IMG/VR virus record: IMGVR_UViG_3300032320_002770 | Source of the DNA: an uncultured virus (IMG/VR IMGVR_UViG_3300032320_002770) | Lineage: Duplodnaviria; Heunggongvirae; Uroviricota; Caudoviricetes | Direction: 5' to 3' (one strand) | DNA length: 64,000 nucleotides | In this document: one piece after another, positions 58,936 to 64,000 of the stretch | Layout: the number at the start of each line of letters is the position of its first letter | Numbering within the stretch: the first letter of the stretch is position 1 | Program-made: the position numbers and the translations under genes | Notes under the pieces: model-generated | Databases searched by the model: none | What the model saw: the letters and a program-made list of their open reading frames with translations, nothing else | What the model was told of the DNA's origin: nothing

Positions 58936-59541
58936 TTATATTATATCTGAGTTATTGACGCTTGTCAATTTATTTTTTAAAAAAGACTTGCCTTTATTAT
59001 GAAGATTAATTACTGTTTGAGTACTTAACTTCATTTTTTTTCCAATATTAGCCCAAGACATTAGTTTTTTATTATTAAAGTATCTTAACTTATATATTTT
59101 TTTAATTCTCTTATCTTTTGATCTATCTAAAATAGAGAAAATCATATCCGCTTTTTCTTTGAAAGTAGCAGTTTGATTATTAAGTTTAATTTGATTTTTT
59201 TCAATAATATTTTTAATAGCTGTATCTTCCATAGATATATGGTGGTTATTTTTGTTTATTGTATTTAAACAATGATATCTCATTTGATTTCCTAACCAAG
59301 TAGAAAATTTAACATTTTTATCTGGATTAAAATTCATTACAGATCTATATATTACATAAGTCTTTTCTGCAATAACATCTTCTGGATCAATACCAGATTG
59401 AATCATATTATGATAATATTTTTTAATCATTTTATGGCATATTCCGCTATGTCTTAATTCTAATTCTTTAAGAGCATAACTATCATTTTGGTTTAATACC
59501 TCTTGTATTAATTGGTTGTCGTTGGTTGTTTTTATATTCAT
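58936..59541 (-). CDS. Phage-encoded sigma70-family sigma factor
   Basis: Region 2 FNPDKNVKFSTWL; region 4 HTH LRYF...MSWANIGKKMKLSTQTV. Confidence 0.85.
   Translation of the reverse strand: MNIKTTNDNQLIQEVLNQNDSYALKELELRHSGICHKMIKKYYHNMIQSGIDPEDVIAEKTYVIYRSVMNFNPDKNVKFSTWLGNQMRYHCLNTINKNNHHISMEDTAIKNIIEKNQIKLNNQTATFKEKADMIFSILDRSKDKRIKKIYKLRYFNNKKLMSWANIGKKMKLSTQTVINLHNKGKSFLKNKLTSVNNSDII
58940..58968 (-). promoter_or_regulatory. Consensus sigma70 promoter TTGACA-N17-TATAAT with downstream AGGAG SD
   Basis: Read directly. Confidence 0.8.
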
Positions 59542-59542
59542 A

Positions 59543-60127
59543 TTAAAATTGTAATATTTTTTCGTATATGGATTTTAAGTATTTCTGAACTAATTCATAC
59601 AATACGTTAGCATCTTGACATGTGTCCCAACATACAGATATGTCGGCAACGGCTTTTAATTTATTATCATTAGATTTTTCTTCAATATTAGCTGGAGGCA
59701 CAAACGAGCCATCATCTAATTTTCTAGATAAATGTACTAATATGCCATTATGAGATTTAAGCCAAGCATACTCATCATCCTTGTACTCTATATATCTTAC
59801 GTCTGTTATGATCGGAACGATGTTATCTTTTTTAAGATTTTCTATTTTTTTATCTAATTGAGACGTCCAGTATGTTCCTTGCGTTTGAGTTCTTCTGCAT
59901 TTGCCGTAAGCTACCATCAATGGTCTTATTACTTCTTTTTCTTGATCATTGCATTTAAATAAATCTATTTTAAATTTTTCTTTACTGAAATCATTTAATT
60001 CATTTTTTAAATCATCAGCGAAGGCTAATCTTTCAGATTTTAGTCCTTTTTCTTCTAAATATTTTTTTAGAATAGAATAGAAAGTGTCTTTTCCTGATCT
60101 AGCTACTCCTGTGATGCCAATTATCAT
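59543..60127 (-). CDS. Deoxynucleoside monophosphate kinase
   Basis: IIGITGVARSGKDT, AFAD.LK, R.LM.AYG, ITDVRY..E. Confidence 0.85.
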   Translation of the reverse strand: MIIGITGVARSGKDTFYSILKKYLEEKGLKSERLAFADDLKNELNDFSKEKFKIDLFKCNDQEKEVIRPLMVAYGKCRRTQTQGTYWTSQLDKKIENLKKDNIVPIITDVRYIEYKDDEYAWLKSHNGILVHLSRKLDDGSFVPPANIEEKSNDNKLKAVADISVCWDTCQDANVLYELVQKYLKSIYEKILQF

Positions 60128-60134
60128 TTTAATG

Positions 60135-60185
60135 ATTATAAACATAATAAATTACCTTGTCAAGTTATTAGTTTTGTGATAATAT
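60135..60185. promoter_or_regulatory. Divergent sigma70 promoters with overlapping -35 boxes (TTGTCAA)
   Basis: Minus TTGACA-N17-TATAAT 7 nt before ATG 60127; plus TTGTCA-N17-TAATAT 6 nt before ATG 60192. Confidence 0.75.
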
Positions 60186-60191
60186 AAGTAT

Positions 60192-60617
60192 ATGGAAGAA
60201 AGAATCTCTTTTGAAGAAATGGCTATAAATATAGCTGTTGAATGCTCTAAAAGAGCAGAAGATATATACAGAAAAGTGGGATGTTGCATTTTGGATAAAG
60301 AAGGTAAAATACTATCTACTGGATATAATGGGCTATTGCCTAAAGTAGATAAAGATAAAAGTTTTTGGTCAAAAAGAGACCATAGAAGAAAATTTGTTAT
60401 CCATGCAGAAATAAATGCTCTATCAAGAATAAATAGAAATGAAAATCCTCATATTCTAGCATGCACTTTACTACCATGCTCTAGTTGCGCTTTAAATATT
60501 GCTTCATATGGAATTAAAAAAATCATTTATCTAGAAGACTATGAATTCGATAAAGGAGCTAAAGAGATATTTGAATTCTATAATATAGAACTTTTAAAAC
60601 TTGACACAAAAACATAA
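60192..60617 (+). CDS. dCMP deaminase
   Basis: KVGC, TGYNG, HAEINAL, PCSSC. Confidence 0.92.
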   Translation: MEERISFEEMAINIAVECSKRAEDIYRKVGCCILDKEGKILSTGYNGLLPKVDKDKSFWSKRDHRRKFVIHAEINALSRINRNENPHILACTLLPCSSCALNIASYGIKKIIYLEDYEFDKGAKEIFEFYNIELLKLDTKT

Positions 60618-60629
60618 ATATATTAATAT
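60601..60629 (+). promoter_or_regulatory. sigma70-type promoter TTGACA-N17-TAATAT, 6 nt before ATG
   Basis: Read directly. Confidence 0.75.
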
Positions 60630-60635
60630 TGATAT

Positions 60636-61742
60636 ATGCAACAGAATCTCAAAGAAGCACTAGGATACGACGACATTTCTCTTTTACCAAATTTTTCAGA
60701 TATTTCTTCAAGAAAAGAAGTAGATACATCTACTAAAATTTCTAAAAATCATCAAATTAAGATTCCAATAGTTCTATCTCCGATGGATACTGTTTCTTCT
60801 GTAAAATCATGTATTAGAATGAATAAGATTGGTGCAGCTGGAGTTTTGCACCGTTTCATGTCGATTGACGACCAAAGATCAAAATCTAAAATTATTAAAG
60901 ATGAAAGTGGATTCTCAATAAATGCAATTGGATTAAAAGACGCAGAGGAAAGAATTAGAGCGACTAGTCCATATACTGATATCTATTTTCTTGATACAGC
61001 TAATGGTCTATGTAAAAACGTAGAGGATCTCTTAAGATGGTATAAAACTGCTAATTTTTCTCAAGACATCATAGTTGGCAACACCTTAACAAAGCAAAGC
61101 GTTTCTAGATTAGCTAATTTAAAAGCTGATGGGTTTAGACATCTTATTGGCCCAGGATCTATGTGTTTAACACAAGTTAAAACTGGAATTGGTTGCCCAA
61201 GTGTTACTGGCAATTATTATGCATGGAAGGCTGTTAGAAATTGGGAATTATCTCAAGTTGATTTGTTTAAGCAAGATAATCCAAATCCAGCAAATAGACC
61301 TAGTATACTAGCAGATGGAGGAATTCGTTATCCAAAAGATCTAGTTAAAGCTATAGCGAGTGGATGCGATGGTATCATATGTGGAAGGATTTTCGCTGGC
61401 TTACAAGATACAGTAGATGATGAAGATATTGTAGAGATAGATGGTAAAAAATATGCTAAATATAGAGGAATGGCATCTAAAGACGTAGTAGAAGATTATG
61501 AATTATTTGATGGAACTAAAAAAAATCTTTTTGTAGAAGGTGACAATACTTTGATTCCTCTGTCAGAAAAGACGATAGAAGATATTGTTTATGATTTTGC
61601 TAACGGCTTAAGAAGCGCGATGAGTTATCTTGGTTTTAGAAAATTAGAAGATATGCGAGGTGGTCTTTGGACAAATAAAATCATCGCAGTTAGAACAACA
61701 AGCAATAATATGTACGAGGGATTCTCTCATGGAAAAGCCTGA
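60636..61742 (+). CDS. IMPDH/GMP reductase family enzyme (probably GMP reductase)
   Basis: SPMDTV, GPGSMCLT, ADGGIR, YRGMAS, VEG, LRSAMSYLG; no CBS domains; no Arg-Tyr flap dyad. Confidence 0.85.
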   Translation: MQQNLKEALGYDDISLLPNFSDISSRKEVDTSTKISKNHQIKIPIVLSPMDTVSSVKSCIRMNKIGAAGVLHRFMSIDDQRSKSKIIKDESGFSINAIGLKDAEERIRATSPYTDIYFLDTANGLCKNVEDLLRWYKTANFSQDIIVGNTLTKQSVSRLANLKADGFRHLIGPGSMCLTQVKTGIGCPSVTGNYYAWKAVRNWELSQVDLFKQDNPNPANRPSILADGGIRYPKDLVKAIASGCDGIICGRIFAGLQDTVDDEDIVEIDGKKYAKYRGMASKDVVEDYELFDGTKKNLFVEGDNTLIPLSEKTIEDIVYDFANGLRSAMSYLGFRKLEDMRGGLWTNKIIAVRTTSNNMYEGFSHGKA

Positions 61743-62070
61743 TATTAAATACATAAAATACATCTGTTTAATTTTAATAGCTTTTTGGGCTATGAATAAA
61801 TGCCACGCTCAAGTCTCATACCAAAAAATGGACACATCATCTAGATCAGTAGAATACTACATTACAAAATCTCAAATACAATCGAATACAGAACAAATTA
61901 AATATTTAAATGAGCGAAAGAAGTCGTATTCTTTATTTAATAAACATGAATCAATAGCAAGATCTAGACAACAAGCTATTGTTTCAGCTAAAGAAAACGA
62001 GAACTTTAGATTAAATCATAAAGTCTTTCTTATAAAGAAAGCTCAAGAAACTCCATTGACAATACGATAA
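61729..62070 (+). CDS. Hypothetical exported or membrane-anchored protein
   Basis: Hydrophobic N-terminus after MEKPD. Confidence 0.5.
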   Translation: MEKPDIKYIKYICLILIAFWAMNKCHAQVSYQKMDTSSRSVEYYITKSQIQSNTEQIKYLNERKKSYSLFNKHESIARSRQQAIVSAKENENFRLNHKVFLIKKAQETPLTIR

Positions 62071-62084
62071 TAATTATATATAAT
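62056..62084 (+). promoter_or_regulatory. Consensus sigma70 promoter TTGACA-N17-TATAAT, 6 nt before ATG
   Basis: Read directly. Confidence 0.85.
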
Positions 62085-62090
62085 AAAAAT

Positions 62091-62285
62091 ATGAAACAAC
62101 AATCATTATTAAAATTAAACATTCTAAAAAGAATGATAGGTAAAAGAGTTATAGTAATAACTGATCATATCAAATTAACAAATTGGTTTGGTTTAGTCGA
62201 AAATGTAATAGATGATACACATTTGATGATTAGTGGTCCTAATGGATCTCAAAAGGTTAATATTTTTGATGTCAGATCGCCATGA
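62091..62285 (+). CDS. Small Sm/SH3-like beta protein
   Basis: IGKRVIV...FGLVENV. Confidence 0.55.
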   Translation: MKQQSLLKLNILKRMIGKRVIVITDHIKLTNWFGLVENVIDDTHLMISGPNGSQKVNIFDVRSP

Positions 62286-62506
62286 GCGAAATACAAGAAT
62301 CATATAATGATATCCCTCTTTATATAAGAGGGACAGAAAGATCGCCTATTCATAGACTTGCCCCAAAATTAGGAAGAAACTATCATTGTCCTTTCGAAGG
62401 AAAGAAATTTAAAAAATGCTGCGGATTAGATGGGTCAAATTATTGTAAAAAATTGTTAAATGAATTTGTAGAGAAAAATTTACCTAAAAATGATCAAAGC
62501 AGTTGA
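62282..62506 (+). CDS. SEC-C motif protein
   Basis: KLGRNYHCPFEGKKFKKCCG. Confidence 0.7.
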   Translation: MSEIQESYNDIPLYIRGTERSPIHRLAPKLGRNYHCPFEGKKFKKCCGLDGSNYCKKLLNEFVEKNLPKNDQSS

Positions 62507-63485
62507 TATTATTTTTGGTTTAGCATGGGGAGATGAGGGCAAAGGTAAAATAAGTAATACTATTAGTAAAAATTATGATATTGTTTGTAGGTGGAATGGT
62601 GGACCCAATGCAGGTCATACAGTTTATATTAACGATAAAAAATATAAAACTCATATTATTCCTTGTGGAGTTTTTCAAAATAAACCTAGCATTATTGGCC
62701 CAAACTGCGTTATCAATGTTGATAAATTTTTTGATGAAATAGAATATTTAGAAAAAGAAGGTTTTGATACTTCTTTAATTAAAGTTAGCCCTAAAGCTCA
62801 TATTATTACAGAAAAGCATATTCAATATGATCTTAAATTTTTACAACCAAGACTTGGTACAACTGGCCAAGGGATTGCTCCTTGTTATGCAGATAAAGCT
62901 TTAAGAGTAGGAAAACTTTCTAAAGATTATTTGGATAAAAAATATCTTTGGGATGGCCGACTTTATGGAAATATACTTTGCGAAGGTGCTCAAAGTTTTT
63001 GGTTAGACTTAAACTATGGTGATTATCCTTATGTTACTAGCAGTGAAACATTACCATATTCGGCTTGTTCGTTAGGATTTTCACCTAAAAAAATCAGAGA
63101 TATTATTGGCATTGCTAAAATTTATGACACCAAAAGTGGAGTAGATCCTCTTTTTCCAGATTCACTATGGAAAGACGAAAATCTTAATAAGATTATAGAC
63201 CTCGGTAAAGAATTCGGGTCAACCACGGGTCGCAAAAGAATTGTTAATTGGTTGAGATTAAATCACTTGAAGCAAGCTATAAAAATTTCTGGTACGAACA
63301 AAGTTATTATCAATAAATGCGACATTCTTCAAGAAATAAACATTTATAAGTTAATTTTAGATAATGATAAAGATGGGCCAAATTTTATTCAGTTTAATGA
63401 TTTTAGCAATATGAAAGAATATATAACAAATGAATTGAAAGAGTATTGCGAAGTTATTTTTTCTGGAAATAAATCTTTCATTTAA
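62490..63485 (+). CDS. purA: Adenylosuccinate synthetase (short form)
   Basis: WGDEGKG, GGPNAGHT, GTTGQGI, EGAQ, YPYVTSS, EFGSTTGR.R, NKCD. Confidence 0.95.
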   Translation: MIKAVDIIFGLAWGDEGKGKISNTISKNYDIVCRWNGGPNAGHTVYINDKKYKTHIIPCGVFQNKPSIIGPNCVINVDKFFDEIEYLEKEGFDTSLIKVSPKAHIITEKHIQYDLKFLQPRLGTTGQGIAPCYADKALRVGKLSKDYLDKKYLWDGRLYGNILCEGAQSFWLDLNYGDYPYVTSSETLPYSACSLGFSPKKIRDIIGIAKIYDTKSGVDPLFPDSLWKDENLNKIIDLGKEFGSTTGRKRIVNWLRLNHLKQAIKISGTNKVIINKCDILQEINIYKLILDNDKDGPNFIQFNDFSNMKEYITNELKEYCEVIFSGNKSFI

Positions 63486-63501
63486 TAGTGTAAACTATTA
63501 T

Positions 63502-63723
63502 GTGAGCAATCAAACTGAAGCATTAGCAATATGTTCTGAATTCGCAGATGAATATGGGGTTGACTCGAAAGATCTAAGAACTATCGTAGTTTATACAAAA
63601 AGTGAATATATAAATGAATTAAAAAATCTTCTTGATAGAAAAAATTATAAATTAAAAAAATTTCAAGTATATGGAGATGAAGCTATAATATATTTTATAC
63701 CAAAGAATAAAAAACTAATTTAA
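63502..63723 (+). CDS. Hypothetical protein
   Basis: 73-aa ORF with GTGTAA 8 nt upstream. Confidence 0.6.
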   Translation: MSNQTEALAICSEFADEYGVDSKDLRTIVVYTKSEYINELKNLLDRKNYKLKKFQVYGDEAIIYFIPKNKKLI

Positions 63724-63725
63724 AA

Positions 63726-64000
63726 CTACTCTTTATATTTAATTAAATGATTTCTTACAAAAATTAGGTTAATAAAAAATCCAGCGAAAGCCGAAAGGAT
63801 ATTAGTTAAAACTGGGTAGGTAAAATTATCTAATGGATTAATCAAGAAAGTTAAAGCTAAAGAAATCCAAAAACTACTACATTCATGACAAAGCAATGGT
63901 TTTCGGATATATGGTATTCTTGCTATGAAATTCCTAAAAGGTCTAGATGCCTCTGTGTCCGACCAACCATAAGCTAAAGCCAAGCAAAGAAATAGATATA
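63726..64000 (-). CDS. Membrane protein with CxxC-W motif (DUF1360-like), 5'-partial
   Basis: LLCHECSSFWIS plus hydrophobic segments; runs off the window end. Confidence 0.55.
   Translation of the reverse strand, partial: YLFLCLALAYGWSDTEASRPFRNFIARIPYIRKPLLCHECSSFWISLALTFLINPLDNFTYPVLTNILSAFAGFFINLIFVRNHLIKYKE

Noticed and set aside
62490..63485. PurZ (2-aminoadenine DNA pathway)
   Set aside because: The motif is GDEGKG with the PurA catalytic Asp, where PurZ has Ser; no dATPase or MazZ is nearby
1..64000. Alternative genetic code or cellular origin
   Set aside because: Code 11 gives full-length, tightly packed genes; divergent replication genes, fibre genes and the absence of ribosomal or housekeeping operons favour a phage, although capsid and terminase genes are not in this window

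Overview
A densely packed, strongly AT-rich segment that reads as part of a large (jumbo-type) bacteriophage genome using standard code 11. No rRNA, tRNA, CRISPR array, transposase or integrase was seen. Contents: (1) a replication/recombination block with split DnaE-type Pol III (separate PHP gene and DnaQ exonuclease), DnaG-like primase, DnaB, RecA, a Rad52/Sak-like annealase, a PD-(D/E)XK nuclease, ThyX and a Whirly-like ssDNA-binding protein; (2) about 20 glycosyltransferase-like genes plus Gmd, GDP-mannose 3,5-epimerase, an RmlD-like enzyme and two methyltransferases, interleaved with collagen-like, Ser-Pro/Cys-rich and fibre-like proteins; (3) a host-type surface cassette with two PEP-CTERM proteins, a prepilin/H-X9-DG protein and a FecR-domain protein, pointing to a Verrucomicrobia/PVC host; (4) nucleotide metabolism genes (nrdAB, dNMP kinase, dCMP deaminase, GMP reductase/IMPDH family, PurA) and a phage sigma factor. 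Features not in the ORF track: a promoter-driven, multi-helix, probably pseudoknotted ~280-nt RNA upstream of nrdA; sigma70 promoters placed for leaderless mRNAs; a recurrent GTGTAA motif mostly 8-9 nt before start codons of non-replication genes; and a 24-aa membrane ORF. All protein calls come from motif recognition by eye; no database searches were run.
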